Assembly (NCBI GenBank): GCA_964291215.2
Contig: OZ219791.1
Location: 2,304,001 to 2,368,000, forward strand
Direction: 5' to 3'
Length of the DNA stretch: 64,000 nucleotides
Origin: Alphaproteobacteria bacterium
GTDB taxonomy: Bacteria; Pseudomonadota; Alphaproteobacteria; MPNO01; UBA830
Below are positions 10,864 to 21,913 of this stretch, one piece after another. Numbering within the stretch: position 1 is the stretch's first letter; each line of letters begins with the position of its first letter. Below the pieces are notes generated by a model that had not been told where the DNA came from, made no database searches, and was given only the letters and a program-made list of their open reading frames with translations. Both the position numbers and the translations under genes were made by a program.

Positions 10864-12093
10864 ATGATCGCGCCCGATGGACGCCTGGATACGGCCGGCG
10901 ACTACCCTTTCGACCGGCTACGCGCGCTGCTCGGCGACTGCCAGCCGCCGGACAGCGTGGTGCCGGTTGCCTTTTCTCTCGGTGAGCCGCAGCAGGCGCC
11001 GCCCGCGTTCGTCGCCGAGACAATTGCTGCCGAGGCCGCGGCCTGGGGGCAATATCCTCCCATCCGGGGTACCGCGGACTTCCGCGCGGCGATCGCCGCC
11101 TGGCTGACGCAGCGCTATCGTCTGCCGCCGGGCATGATTGATGCCGATGCGATGATCGTGCCCGTGTCGGGCACCCGCGAGGCGCTGTTCATGATTGCTC
11201 TTGCCGTTGTTCCCGAAAGCAGATCCGGGACGCGCCCGATGGCGCTGATGCCGAACCCGTTCTACCAGGTCTATCTCGGGGCCGCAGCGGCGGCCGGGGC
11301 CCAACCCGTGTTCGTGCCGGCCGACCGCGAGCATGGTTTTCTGCCCGACTACGCTTCGATTCCGGACGAGATCCTCGACCGCGCCGCCATTGCCTATTTC
11401 TGCTCGCCTGCGAACCCGCAGGGTGCGGTCGCCTCGCTCGACGCCCTCAAGAACCTTGTGGAACTCGCTCGTACCCACGATTTCCTGCTGGTGTCCGACG
11501 AGTGCTACAGCGAACTCTACTATGGCGAGCCACCGCCCGGCGCGGCCGAAGCCTGCGCGGCGCTCGGCCGCAGGTCCATGTCCGGGGTCGTGGTCATGAA
11601 CTCCTTGTCCAAGCGCTCCTCGGCGCCGGGGCTCCGCGTCGGTTTTGTCGCCGGAGACCCGGAAGTCATGCGCCGGTTTGCCCGCCTGCGCGACTATGGC
11701 GGTGCGCCGCCACCGCTGCCGCTTCTTTCGGCAGCCGTGGCGCTGTGGCGCGACGAGGAACATGTCGAGGCCAACCGGGCAAGCTACGCCGCGCGGTTTG
11801 CTGCCGCGGAGGAAATACTCGGAGGGCGCCACGGGTTCTACGCCCCGGAAGGTGGCTTTTATCTTTGGCTCGATGTCGGGGACGGCGAAGCTGCTGCACG
11901 CAGCCTGTGGCGTGAGGCCGGTATCCGCGTCATGCCCGGCGAATATCTGGCCCGGGAGACTGACAGCGGCCATCCGGGCGCGGGTTATATCCGCGTGGCG
12001 CTGGTGCATGAACTCGATACCACGCGCGAGGCGCTCTCACGGATGTCGGACACGCTGGGCCGGACAGGCCTGAATGGCGAGGACGGATCATGA
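10864..12093 (+). CDS. Class I/II aminotransferase (succinyl-diaminopimelate aminotransferase-like)
   Basis: [20 protein letters not shown] and [14 protein letters not shown]; position upstream of ftsK. Confidence 0.85.
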   Translation: MIAPDGRLDTAGDYPFDRLRALLGDCQPPDSVVPVAFSLGEPQQAPPAFVAETIAAEAAAWGQYPPIRGTADFRAAIAAWLTQRYRLPPGMIDADAMIVPVSGTREALFMIALAVVPESRSGTRPMALMPNPFYQVYLGAAAAAGAQPVFVPADREHGFLPDYASIPDEILDRAAIAYFCSPANPQGAVASLDALKNLVELARTHDFLLVSDECYSELYYGEPPPGAAEACAALGRRSMSGVVVMNSLSKRSSAPGLRVGFVAGDPEVMRRFARLRDYGGAPPPLPLLSAAVALWRDEEHVEANRASYAARFAAAEEILGGRHGFYAPEGGFYLWLDVGDGEAAARSLWREAGIRVMPGEYLARETDSGHPGAGYIRVALVHELDTTREALSRMSDTLGRTGLNGEDGS

Positions 12094-14474
12094 CGGCGCA
12101 AGCCCGTCACATTGGCGGCGACACCCCTGTTTCGCGAAGCATTCCGGTCTTTCTCGCGCGCCGTCTCCGCGAAGCGGCTGGGATTTGCCTGCTCGCCGCT
12201 GCCGCTGGCGCGATGATCGCGGTCTTCGGGTACGATGCCTCCGACCCTTCCTGGAATCACGCCATCGCCTACGGCGCATCCAACCCGCTCGGAGAAATCG
12301 GCGCGCGCGCGGCCGATTTTCTGGTGCAGTCCATCGGTGCCGGCGCCTATCTGTTGGCGGCCGTGCTGGCATGCTGGGGATGGCGCTTCTTTCGGCATCG
12401 TGAAATCACCCGCTTCTGGGCGCGCGTGATCGCCTTCGCCGTGGCGCTGGCGCTCGCGGTGCTCGCGCTCGACAGCCTGCCGCCCGGTGCGGCATGGTCG
12501 GATTCTGCCGGAGTGGGCGGGGTCGCCGGGCATCTTCTTGCGGGCTGGCTTGCGCCGCTTGCCGAAGCCGCCGGTCTGGCGAGGTTGCCGATGACGCTGG
12601 GTGCTGCGTTAGCCGCGTTTGTCGCTTCGGCTGCCGCCCTCGGCGTGGGCCTTGCCGAGTGGCGCTCGGCATTCGCGGCAGCCCGCTCCGCGGCGCGCAG
12701 CGGCGGACGCGGCGTCGTTGTGGCCGGGACCAGGATCGCCCGTGTCGCGCGGTGGCTGTGCAGGACACGGAATGGCGCGGCGCCCGTCGACGAGAGGGTT
12801 GACCCGCCACCGCCCCGCATGGCGCAGCTCGGTCCCGCGGCCCCTGCACCGGAGTCCTCCGGAAAGATCGTCGCTGGCCGTAAACGCAAGGTAGCCGCCG
12901 GCAGGAGGGCGGCCGAGGCAGGGCAGGCGAATCTCGATCTGGGGACTGGCGAGTATGTGCTGCCACCGCTTGACGCGCTCGACCCGGCGCCAGCCGGTGC
13001 AGGTGCGCTGCAGCCGAACGATGAGGCGCTGGCGGAGAATGCTCGCCTCCTGGAATCGGTGCTCGAAGACTTCGGGGTGCACGGCCGCATCGTCAAGGTG
13101 CGGCCCGGTCCGGTCGTTACCCTCTACGAGCTCGAGCCGGCGCCCGGAACCAAGAGCGCACGTGTCATCGGCCTCGCCGACGACATTGCCCGTTCGATGA
13201 GCGCGGTTTCGGTTCGTGTCGCTGTCGTGCGGGGCAGGAACGTCATCGGCATCGAACTGCCCAACATGGACCGGGAACTCGTCGTGCTGCGCGAGCTCGT
13301 GTCCTCGAAGACCTATGAAAGTCATCGCGGTGCTCTGCCGCTGGTGCTTGGAAAGAACATCGGCGGCGATCTCGTCATGGAAGACCTTGCCCGCATGCCG
13401 CATCTGCTCATTGCCGGCACCACCGGGTCGGGGAAGTCGGTCGCGGTCAACACCATGATCATGTCGCTGCTCTACCGGCTGCCGCCGGAGCGCTGCAAGT
13501 TCATCATGATCGACCCGAAAATGCTCGAACTCTCGGTCTATGACGATATTCCGCACCTTCTCGCGCCTGTGGTCACCGATGCTTCCAAGGCGGTTGTCGC
13601 CCTGCGTTGGGCCGTCCGGGAAATGGAAGAGCGCTACCGTGCAATGTCGAATCTCGGTGTTCGCAATATTCAGGGCTACAACCAACGCCTTGCCGAAGCG
13701 CTGGCGAACGGCGAGCCCCTGACCAGGACGGTGCAGACGGGGTTCGATCCGGAGTCGGGCGAGCCAGTCTACGAAGAACAGGAATACGGTGACACGCTGC
13801 TTCCGCATATCGTCGTGATCGTCGACGAGATGGCAGACCTGATGCTCGTCGCCGGCAAGGATGTCGAAGCGGCTGTCCAGCGTCTGGCGCAGATGGCGCG
13901 GGCCGCCGGCATTCATCTGATCATGGCTACCCAACGCCCGTCGGTAGACGTTATCACAGGCACCATCAAGGCGAACTTTCCGACCCGCGTCAGCTTCCAG
14001 GTCACCTCCAAGATCGACAGCCGCACGATACTCGGAGAAGGCGGCGCGGAACAGCTTCTGGGGCAGGGCGACATGCTCTACATGGCTGGTGGCGGGCGGA
14101 TCAGCCGCGTGCACGGCCCCTTTGTCTCCGACGAAGCGGTCGAGCGGGTCGTGCGGTGCCTGCGCGAGCAGGGGGCGCCGGAATACATCGACGATGTTAC
14201 CGAGGGAGAAAACGAGTCGCCGTTCCTCCCGCCCGCCGGCGACAATTCCGGCGGCGGCTCCAGCGGTGGCGACGCACTCTATGACCAGGCCGTCGCCATC
14301 GTCTGCAGCGAACGGCGGGCTTCGACCAGCTTCGTGCAGCGCCATCTCCAGATCGGCTACAACCGTGCGGCGAGAATCATCGAGCGGATGGAGGCCGACG
14401 GCGTCATCAGCAAACCCAACCATGCCGGAAAGCGGGAGGTCCTAGCGCGCGACCTCGACGGTCACGACAGCTGA
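12090..14474 (+). CDS. ftsK: DNA translocase FtsK
   Basis: N-terminal TM region, [23 protein letters not shown] and the gamma domain IGYNRAAR. Confidence 0.97.
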   Translation: MTAQARHIGGDTPVSRSIPVFLARRLREAAGICLLAAAAGAMIAVFGYDASDPSWNHAIAYGASNPLGEIGARAADFLVQSIGAGAYLLAAVLACWGWRFFRHREITRFWARVIAFAVALALAVLALDSLPPGAAWSDSAGVGGVAGHLLAGWLAPLAEAAGLARLPMTLGAALAAFVASAAALGVGLAEWRSAFAAARSAARSGGRGVVVAGTRIARVARWLCRTRNGAAPVDERVDPPPPRMAQLGPAAPAPESSGKIVAGRKRKVAAGRRAAEAGQANLDLGTGEYVLPPLDALDPAPAGAGALQPNDEALAENARLLESVLEDFGVHGRIVKVRPGPVVTLYELEPAPGTKSARVIGLADDIARSMSAVSVRVAVVRGRNVIGIELPNMDRELVVLRELVSSKTYESHRGALPLVLGKNIGGDLVMEDLARMPHLLIAGTTGSGKSVAVNTMIMSLLYRLPPERCKFIMIDPKMLELSVYDDIPHLLAPVVTDASKAVVALRWAVREMEERYRAMSNLGVRNIQGYNQRLAEALANGEPLTRTVQTGFDPESGEPVYEEQEYGDTLLPHIVVIVDEMADLMLVAGKDVEAAVQRLAQMARAAGIHLIMATQRPSVDVITGTIKANFPTRVSFQVTSKIDSRTILGEGGAEQLLGQGDMLYMAGGGRISRVHGPFVSDEAVERVVRCLREQGAPEYIDDVTEGENESPFLPPAGDNSGGGSSGGDALYDQAVAIVCSERRASTSFVQRHLQIGYNRAARIIERMEADGVISKPNHAGKREVLARDLDGHDS

Positions 14475-15139
14475 TGCCGGCATCGGCTTTCCGGCCGGCG
14501 TTGCCGCTGCCCCGCGTGCACCGTTTTCTGGTGTGCCTTGCGGCTGCCGCGGTCCTGATCTTGACGTCCCCACCCGCCAGCGCCGCCACGCTCTCCCAGC
14601 GTGACGCCATCGATGTCGCGCGCATCGAAGCCTACCTGAACTCGCTCCGGACGGTTCGCAGTTCCTTCGTTCAGGTGTCGTCCAGGGGTGAGACGGCCGA
14701 GGGCACCATCTTCATCGAGCGCCCCGGCCGATTGCGCCTCGACTACAGCAATCCGTCCAACATCGAGGTCTATGTCAACGGCAACTGGCTTGTCCATGTC
14801 GATACCGACCTCGAGGCGGTCAGCCATATCCCGGTAAAATGGACGCCAGCACGCTTCCTGGTAAGCGAGCGCATCGCCCTGTCGGGCGAGGCGACCGTGC
14901 GGCGCATCCATCGCAAGCCCGGCCTTATCTCCATCGAACTGGTGCAGACCAGTGATCCTGAAGCGGGCAGTTTCGAGCTCGTCTTCTCCGATGGGCCGCT
15001 GGTCCTTCGCCAGTGGATCGTCGTCGATGCCCAGGACGTGACCACGATCGTGACCTTGTCGGGACCGGTCTTCAACACGCCGATTCCGCGCGAGGTCTTT
15101 GTCTTTGATTCGCGCAGATTCGAATCCGATCCTCAGTGA
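14474..15139 (+). CDS. lolA: Outer-membrane lipoprotein carrier LolA family
   Basis: Signal peptide and F.Q...G...IERPGRLRLDY; directly after ftsK. Confidence 0.85.
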   Translation: MPASAFRPALPLPRVHRFLVCLAAAAVLILTSPPASAATLSQRDAIDVARIEAYLNSLRTVRSSFVQVSSRGETAEGTIFIERPGRLRLDYSNPSNIEVYVNGNWLVHVDTDLEAVSHIPVKWTPARFLVSERIALSGEATVRRIHRKPGLISIELVQTSDPEAGSFELVFSDGPLVLRQWIVVDAQDVTTIVTLSGPVFNTPIPREVFVFDSRRFESDPQ

Positions 15140-15350
15140 AGTAGTCTCCGTTGAGCAGGCCCGCCATGGACGGCGGTCTCCGGAAACCGGACGGCCCCCA
15201 TCCGGGTCCTGCAAGCCGTGATTGCGCCCGGTTTGCATCACGGGAATTAACTTCGGAGGAGGGCCGGGAAAGCAGTTGCGTCGCGTGGCCGAGCGCCGCG
15301 GCGACTCGCCCCGTGTTGTCCCTGAAGGCCGGACATGGTAAGCAACCGGC

Positions 15351-16142
15351 ATGTTTGACAGGTCAGTCACTCCGGTTGTCGGCGTCTCGGCAAGCCGTCA
15401 TTTCATGCCCGCACATACGCTCCCCCACCACGGCTCGGGGGAACGCTATATCCTTGCCGTGTCGGAAGGCGCCGGCGCGCTTCCCGTGATTATTCCGGCT
15501 CTTGGCGACGGATGCGATTTTGCCGAGCTCGTGCAGCGGCTTGACGGCCTGTTCCTTACCGGCGGCCGCGCCAATGTCGAACCGCACCATTACGGCGGTC
15601 CGCCGTTTCCCGACGACGAGATTCGCGACCCGCCGCGGGACCATACCGTGCTTCCCCTCATTCGCGAATGCGTGGAGCGCGGCGTGCCGGTGTTCGGATC
15701 CTGCCGCGGCATCCAGGAGATCAATGTGGCGCTCGGCGGCTCGCTGCATTACCGCACCCATCTCGTTCCCGGATACGACGACCACCGCATGCGCCGCGAA
15801 GGTGATATCGAGTTCAGGATGGGCCCGCGCCATCAGGTCGTGCTCGCCGAGGACGGGCTGTTCCACAAGCTTGTCAGCGCGCGCGAAGTCATGGTCAATT
15901 CTCTGCACGGGCAGTCGGTTGATTCTGTCGCGCCGGGCCTTGAGGTGGAATGCGTCTCTCCGGACGGCGTCATCGAAGGGCTCAGCCATTCTGATTCGCG
16001 GACGTTCTGCGTTGGCGTCCAGTGGCATGCGGAGTGGCGTTTCGAGACCCACCCCCTGTCCGGCGCATTGTTCCGCACTTTTGGCGATGCCTGCCGCAAG
16101 CGTGCGGCAGGGCGCAGGGGCTACGTCGTTGCTGCAGCCTGA
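15351..16142 (+). CDS. Gamma-glutamyl-gamma-aminobutyrate hydrolase-like (peptidase C26)
   Basis: GSCRGIQE nucleophile, VNSLHGQ and GVQWHAE. Confidence 0.88.
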   Translation: MFDRSVTPVVGVSASRHFMPAHTLPHHGSGERYILAVSEGAGALPVIIPALGDGCDFAELVQRLDGLFLTGGRANVEPHHYGGPPFPDDEIRDPPRDHTVLPLIRECVERGVPVFGSCRGIQEINVALGGSLHYRTHLVPGYDDHRMRREGDIEFRMGPRHQVVLAEDGLFHKLVSAREVMVNSLHGQSVDSVAPGLEVECVSPDGVIEGLSHSDSRTFCVGVQWHAEWRFETHPLSGALFRTFGDACRKRAAGRRGYVVAAA

Positions 16143-16160
16143 GCCACTCGCGCCCTAACC

Positions 16161-16949
16161 ATGCGGGTGGCGACCTGGAACATCAATTCGGTGCGGTTGC
16201 GTCTCGAGACGCTCCGGCGCGTGGCCGATCTCCTCGAACCCGATTATCTCTGCCTCCAGGAGATCAAGGTGCGGACCGAGGATTTCCCGGCCGGAGACAT
16301 CGCCGCGATCGGGTTTCCGCACCAGCTCGTGCGCGGGATGAAGAGCTACAACGGCGTGGCAATCCTGTCGCGCCATGCGCTCTCCGACGGCGGCAGCCGG
16401 GACTGGTGCGCGCGCGATGACGCCCGCCATGTGGCCGGGATCGTTGAAGGCGGGACCGAGATTCACAACTTCTACGTTCCGGCGGGCGGCGACGAACCGG
16501 ATCCCGATATCAACGACAAGTTCGCCCACAAGCTGGCCTTCCTCGATGAGGCGGCACGATGGTCGGCCACCCTGCCGCCGCGCAGCCGGCGCGTTCTCGT
16601 CGGCGATCTCAACATTGCTCCCCTGGAGACTGACGTCTGGTCGCACAGGCAACTGCTCAAGGTGGTGAGCCATACCCCTGTCGAGGTCGAGGGTCTGTCA
16701 CGATGGCAGAAGGCGCACGGATGGGTAGACGCGGTGCGCTTGATCATCCCCGAGGACCAGCAGCTCTATTCGTGGTGGAGCTATCGCAATCGCACATGGC
16801 CGGGCAGCGATCGAGGCCGCCGCCTCGATCATGTCTGGGTTAGTCCCGACCTGGCCGGCCACGTCGCTGACGCCGGAGTATTGCGGGAGGCGCGCGGCTG
16901 GAAGATGCCGTCCGATCACGCCCCCGTGTGGGCCGATATTACGCTCTGA
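16161..16949 (+). CDS. xth: Exodeoxyribonuclease III
   Basis: ATWNINSVRLR, LCLQEIK, GDLNIAP and PSDHAPV. Confidence 0.93.
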   Translation: MRVATWNINSVRLRLETLRRVADLLEPDYLCLQEIKVRTEDFPAGDIAAIGFPHQLVRGMKSYNGVAILSRHALSDGGSRDWCARDDARHVAGIVEGGTEIHNFYVPAGGDEPDPDINDKFAHKLAFLDEAARWSATLPPRSRRVLVGDLNIAPLETDVWSHRQLLKVVSHTPVEVEGLSRWQKAHGWVDAVRLIIPEDQQLYSWWSYRNRTWPGSDRGRRLDHVWVSPDLAGHVADAGVLREARGWKMPSDHAPVWADITL

Positions 16950-16965
16950 GGTCGTGTGCGCCGGA

Positions 16966-18081
16966 TCAGGGATCGGGCGGGCCGTAGCCCGGGTGCTGCG
17001 GAATCTCTTCGTTCACCAGAATGGCCCTGCGGCCGCCGAAACGCTCTTTCCAGCGATCGATCACCTCCGGGTTGAAGACGTTGTTGGGAACCTCCCCGTT
17101 GAGGGCCTGCAGCACCGCGTTGGTGGCCCAGCGATAGCCCGGGCCGAGGCCACTGCCCGCGTTGACAGAGATCATGTGCGGTGACAGCGTTATCTTGCTG
17201 CCGAGGTCGCGAAGTGGTGAATCGGCGGGCAGGGGCTCGTCGCGGAAGGCGTCGATTGAGGCGCCTGCGATCACGTCGTTCCGCAGCGCGTCGGCTAGCG
17301 CGTCCTCGTCGACATTGCCACCCCGCGAGGTGTTGATGAAGATCGCACCGGGTTTCATCTTCGCGAACTGCGCGGCGCCCATCATCCCATCGTTCTTGCG
17401 CGTGTAGGTGCAGTGCAGGCTGACGACGTCCGAGTTCTCGAGCAGGTGGTCGAGTTCGACCCTCTCCGCGCCCTTTTCGGCAAAGCGGCTGTCGGGGATG
17501 TAGGGGTCGCAAGCAATGATGCGCATGCCCCATGGCGCGAACAGCTGAGCGACGCGCGCGCCGATACGACCGAGACCTATGATGCCGAGGGTGAGACCTG
17601 GATATCCGTCGCTTGTGCGGGCGCCCAGATAGAGTCCGGACAATTCGGGTTCACGCCACCCGCCGGCCCTGATCGTTGCGTCCCTCTCGGCGGTTTTCTT
17701 GAGCCGCGCGAGGATCATTGCCACCGTGCCTTCGGCAACGCCGTAGCAATTCGATTCGGTCGGGCCGTGGCATACCAGTATCCCCAGTTCGGTGGCGGCA
17801 TCGACATCCACATCGTCGGTGCCGACCGTGCATTTGGCGACAATACGCAGCTTGGGACTTGCCTTGAGGATCTTCCGCGTCACCGGGGTCGAGCGGATCG
17901 ACGTCCCCATCAGCGCGTCGGCGGTGCGGGCGTGCGTCGCGACGTCATCCTCGTGATCGCCCCGCGGCACATGCCAGACAGGGTTGCCGAAGGAGAGTTC
18001 GCAGCCATAGCGCTCGAGGGTGTCGTGACAGTCTTCGAGGCCCTTGACCGGCGCAAAGACGAATACTCTTGGAGCCGTCAT
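16966..18081 (-). CDS. D-isomer-specific 2-hydroxyacid dehydrogenase
   Basis: GIIGLGRIG, INTSRG, DAFRDEP and SPH. ATG at 18081 overlaps the upstream stop. Confidence 0.88.
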   Translation of the reverse strand: MTAPRVFVFAPVKGLEDCHDTLERYGCELSFGNPVWHVPRGDHEDDVATHARTADALMGTSIRSTPVTRKILKASPKLRIVAKCTVGTDDVDVDAATELGILVCHGPTESNCYGVAEGTVAMILARLKKTAERDATIRAGGWREPELSGLYLGARTSDGYPGLTLGIIGLGRIGARVAQLFAPWGMRIIACDPYIPDSRFAEKGAERVELDHLLENSDVVSLHCTYTRKNDGMMGAAQFAKMKPGAIFINTSRGGNVDEDALADALRNDVIAGASIDAFRDEPLPADSPLRDLGSKITLSPHMISVNAGSGLGPGYRWATNAVLQALNGEVPNNVFNPEVIDRWKERFGGRRAILVNEEIPQHPGYGPPDP

Positions 18082-18590
18082 GTGGTTTCCTTTCTGGTCC
18101 TGCGGTCCACGCGGTTGATGAAATAACGGCGCTGCGCAACCTGCGGCGGCGGTGCCAGCGGCGTCCAGCCCGGCGCCCGGTAGTCCTGATCGCTGATCAC
18201 GATGCCGCGAGCGGCCATGAGGCCGGAAAGCGCCGGCGCGATGAAAGCGGCGAGCCGGGCGTTCGAGTCCGCATCGCCGGTACCCATATCGCAATGGGCG
18301 AGCGCGGCGGGAGCGCCGATGCGGGTGCGCGCGGCAGGCAGGGTGGAGGTGATGTCTCCGAGAATCATGTGGCCGTCATCGGGAACGCAGTCCGGATGAG
18401 CAGCAACGCGGCAATCGAACACGAAGATCTCGCGATCCGGAAACAGTTCGCGCAGGTGGTCATAGGTGCGGCCGTTGCCGAGACCGAGTTCGAGGACCGG
18501 GCCCGGAATGCCGGCGATCAGTTCTGCCGCCATGTTCAGGCAGTCGCGTTGTGCCGAAACGCGGCGAATGAACGAATCGAGGCGACTCAT
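18078..18590 (-). CDS. Small SAM-dependent methyltransferase (Methyltransf_17-like)
   Basis: MSRLDSFIRR...VLELGLGNGRTYDHLRE. Confidence 0.82.
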   Translation of the reverse strand: MSRLDSFIRRVSAQRDCLNMAAELIAGIPGPVLELGLGNGRTYDHLRELFPDREIFVFDCRVAAHPDCVPDDGHMILGDITSTLPAARTRIGAPAALAHCDMGTGDADSNARLAAFIAPALSGLMAARGIVISDQDYRAPGWTPLAPPPQVAQRRYFINRVDRRTRKETT

Positions 18591-19036
18591 TCCCCGTCTC
18601 GGGCGTCGCGAAGACGAGCCGTCGTCGCGTCGAGTCGCTGGGCTAGCACCCGCATCACCTCGACCGCGATTTCGGGGAACTCCCCGATCATGCGGAAGAA
18701 CATGTCCTTGGTGATCTCGAGGGTGACGAGTTCCGACACGGCGCGCACCGTCGCGGTGCGCGGCGCATCCATCAGTATCGCCATTTCGCCGATTATGTCG
18801 TTCCGGCCCAGGCGGGCGACGGTCAACTCCCCGTCAGGCGTGTCGAGGATCACGTCGGCGCTGCCTTCGAGGACGATGTAGGCAACATCTCCCTCGTCGC
18901 CCTGATGGAACAGTTCCCGTCCAGCGGGAAACGTCAGCCTTTCGCTGGTAAACGCGATCAGCTTGAGTTGCGAAGGCGCCACCCTCGCGAACAGCGGAAT
19001 GCTTCTCAGCGCGTCGACCTCTTCGTTCAGAGCCAT
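18587..19036 (-). CDS. Stand-alone cyclic-nucleotide-binding domain protein
   Basis: LFHQGDEGD...GEMAIL..APRTATVRA phosphate-binding cassette. Confidence 0.9.
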   Translation of the reverse strand: MALNEEVDALRSIPLFARVAPSQLKLIAFTSERLTFPAGRELFHQGDEGDVAYIVLEGSADVILDTPDGELTVARLGRNDIIGEMAILMDAPRTATVRAVSELVTLEITKDMFFRMIGEFPEIAVEVMRVLAQRLDATTARLRDARDGE

Positions 19037-19068
19037 GTCCAGTCCTTTCCCTGGAGACGGCGGACCGT

Positions 19069-21729
19069 CTATTCCGCCTCGATCAGTTGGCGAAGCGCAG
19101 TTCCCTCGCGATCGAGTTCCTCGAAACTTCCCTGTTCTACCACGCGGCCGGACCGCATGACGACGACCTGATCGAACTCCCGCGCCATCGACGCCCGGTG
19201 CACCGCCCAGATCAGGCCCCGGTCCTGGAATTCCCGCTTCAGGTTGTTCAGGATCATGCTTTGTGCGGCACCGTCGAGGCCGGCTGCAGCCTCGTTGAGG
19301 ATGAGGATGTCGGGGCGTTTCAGGACCGAGCGGGCGATCGCGAGCTTCTGCCGTTGGGTGCCGGTGAGGCGGCCGCCGCCGCTGCCGACGTGGAAATCGA
19401 GGCCAACGCTCCGGACGGCGTTCTCGAGACCGAGCGACCGGATGACTTCGGCCATGATCTCGCCGACCCGCTCGGCCGCGCCGGCTTGGCCGTGGGCAAC
19501 CTTGCCGAAAAGGATGTTGTCTTGCAGCGAGGCGGCGGCGTTGAAGCGGTTGACGTCAAAGAATTCGACGGCACCGCGGTAGGCGCCGGTCAGGCCCGCC
19601 GCAAAGGCGCGACGCGCTTCGAGGATGCGGGTCCGCAGGTCGTCGTCGATGATGCCGAGACGGTGGCGCGCGGGGCACAGCTTGAAGGGCAGAGAGAGAA
19701 ACATCGTGCGTTCGTCCGCGTCGAGCGTATCGATGCCGTCGCGGGCAATGCGGGCGAGGAGGATCCGGAATTCCGGGAGATCGTCCGACGAGATGAAGCT
19801 GAACCGCTCGAAGAACGGATGATCCCGCGGCAGGTCGGCGAAGATCTCGACCATGGTCGCGGCCACTCGACGCCCGGCGTCGAGCAGGATGCCGGTCAGC
19901 CCGCGGCTTTCGAGAAGTGCCAGAATGTGCGGGTTCTCGGCGAGGTTGTTGATGTCGAAGGTCTTCCCCACCGGCGTGCCGAACAGCAGGTTCTCGGCGA
20001 GCGTCGCGTTGTCGTTGTAGCGTTCGGCGTCAAAGATCTCCACCAGCCCCGCGAATTCGGGGGACTGGAGTTCCGCGGCAAGCGCCGCGCGTGCCTCGAG
20101 GAAACGCTCCGCGAGCCCGCTCTTGGCCTCGGGATCGATCGTTCCGCGCAGCCCCAGTTCATAGATGTCCCGGTCAAGCCCGACGAGGCAGAGGACCTCG
20201 AAGATCCGGTCGAGGAGTGCGGCTTCGTCGGCGGCTCCGACGGCGTCGTAGTCGATCCAGTCGGCGTCGGGATCATCACCCGAATTGCCGGTCGCGGCTG
20301 CCTCGGCCAAAGCGCGGGCGCGGCGAGCCGCCTCCGACGGATCGTATCGCGCGGCTTGCAGCGGCACATGCCGCACGCCGTAGAGGAGGTTGTCGCCGAC
20401 CGTCGACGAGAACATGAACGCGACGGATCCGACATAGGAGAGCCGTCGCCCGGTAACAGCCTCGGGCAGGGTGTCGGCCCTCCGGCCGCCGATTTCCAGG
20501 GTGCCGACATGCGGATTCACGAGGCGTGCCAACAACTGCGAGAGCTCTTCCTTGCCCGAGCCGCCGGCGCCGACCAGGGCGACCGAACTCGCGCAGTCGA
20601 GTGTCAGCGAGACATTCTCGACTAGGCTCGCGTCGGTGTCGTCGACAAGTCCGACATTCGCGGCCACGACCTCGCCGCGAATCGGCGCGATCTCTTCCGG
20701 CTCGTCGAGCTGGAGAGAAGGATCCATCATTCCCTCCGGCTCGAACTGCATGACGACCTGTTCGAACTTGATCCTCGCGTCCTGCTGGCGCTGGTAGAAG
20801 TTGAGCAGCTCCTTCCACGGCGCCGCCAGCTCCTTGTGGGCGGCGATCGCCGCGAGCAACGTGCCGATGTCGAGCTCGCCCTTGATCGTAAGCCAGCCTC
20901 CGATCGTGTAGTAGCAGAAAGGCCCGAGTTGGTTGATCGAATTGTTCAGGAACTTGATGACGAACTTCCAGATGTAGATCTGGAGCCGGACATTGTAGAT
21001 CCCGTCAAGCTGCTGCGAGAAACCAGCCAGTTCACGACGCGCGGTGTTGTGGACATGCACCTCCTGGACGCCGGCCACGGATTCGCCGATGCGGTCCGAA
21101 AGCCTGCGCACCAGCGCGACGCGCTCCTTGGCGAGCAAGTTGACGCGGCGCTGGAGTCGCGGAATGAGATAGAGCTGGAGCGGGTAGAGCGCGACGGCAG
21201 CCAGGGCCATGGTCCAGTTCTGGATGAACAGGAAACTCAGCGTCACGAGGAGGTACCCGCCCTGGTAGACCGGCAGCTTGAAGGCGTCTCCGACGAAGCC
21301 GCCGAGGGGTTCGACCTCGGTGGCGACCATGGTGATTACTTCGCCTTGGGAGGTGCGGCGGAACCGCGACAGCGGAAAGCGCAGGATGCGGCCGTAGAGG
21401 TCGTAGCGCAGTCGTCGCAGCATGCGCTCGCCGGTAATGCCGCTGTAGACGTTGAGGGCGTACTTGAAGCTTTGGTTTATGGCGATGAGGACGAGCAGAA
21501 ATCCGGTCAGCACGAAGAGGTAGTCCAACTGCGCCAGTTCGATCGTCCCCAGGCTCCAGAGCGCGATCGAAAGGTCGGACTGTTCCGCCTGGATGGCGTC
21601 GTTGACGATGATCTTGGGCAGTTCGAGGAACGCGTAGAGGAACGGAAACGACGCGATCGCCATCAAGGTGAGCACGAGCTGCCGCTTCAGGGAAAACCGG
21701 ATGATGTAGCGGTAGATGCTTGTGTCCAT
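19069..21729 (-). CDS. Fused ABC exporter (TMD plus NBD with a large insertion and degenerate motifs)
   Basis: Six-TM N-terminal half; Walker A GAGGSGKE, signature LTGTQRQ, Walker B ILILNE. Confidence 0.88.
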   Translation of the reverse strand: MDTSIYRYIIRFSLKRQLVLTLMAIASFPFLYAFLELPKIIVNDAIQAEQSDLSIALWSLGTIELAQLDYLFVLTGFLLVLIAINQSFKYALNVYSGITGERMLRRLRYDLYGRILRFPLSRFRRTSQGEVITMVATEVEPLGGFVGDAFKLPVYQGGYLLVTLSFLFIQNWTMALAAVALYPLQLYLIPRLQRRVNLLAKERVALVRRLSDRIGESVAGVQEVHVHNTARRELAGFSQQLDGIYNVRLQIYIWKFVIKFLNNSINQLGPFCYYTIGGWLTIKGELDIGTLLAAIAAHKELAAPWKELLNFYQRQQDARIKFEQVVMQFEPEGMMDPSLQLDEPEEIAPIRGEVVAANVGLVDDTDASLVENVSLTLDCASSVALVGAGGSGKEELSQLLARLVNPHVGTLEIGGRRADTLPEAVTGRRLSYVGSVAFMFSSTVGDNLLYGVRHVPLQAARYDPSEAARRARALAEAAATGNSGDDPDADWIDYDAVGAADEAALLDRIFEVLCLVGLDRDIYELGLRGTIDPEAKSGLAERFLEARAALAAELQSPEFAGLVEIFDAERYNDNATLAENLLFGTPVGKTFDINNLAENPHILALLESRGLTGILLDAGRRVAATMVEIFADLPRDHPFFERFSFISSDDLPEFRILLARIARDGIDTLDADERTMFLSLPFKLCPARHRLGIIDDDLRTRILEARRAFAAGLTGAYRGAVEFFDVNRFNAAASLQDNILFGKVAHGQAGAAERVGEIMAEVIRSLGLENAVRSVGLDFHVGSGGGRLTGTQRQKLAIARSVLKRPDILILNEAAAGLDGAAQSMILNNLKREFQDRGLIWAVHRASMAREFDQVVVMRSGRVVEQGSFEELDREGTALRQLIEAE

Positions 21730-21913
21730 CGCGTTTCCGTCCCCCGTTGCCCGGGATCCGCAGATCCCGGCCGGCGCAACGCCGCTACGTTGCCGTCACG
21801 CGGCTGCGCCGGAACGCCGACACCAGGCGCGATGTTCCTGTATAATGGCTTCCGAAGCAGTATTTTGGCTGCGGCAGATCCCTTGCGGGGAGGGAACGAT
21901 AGCGGGACCGGGC

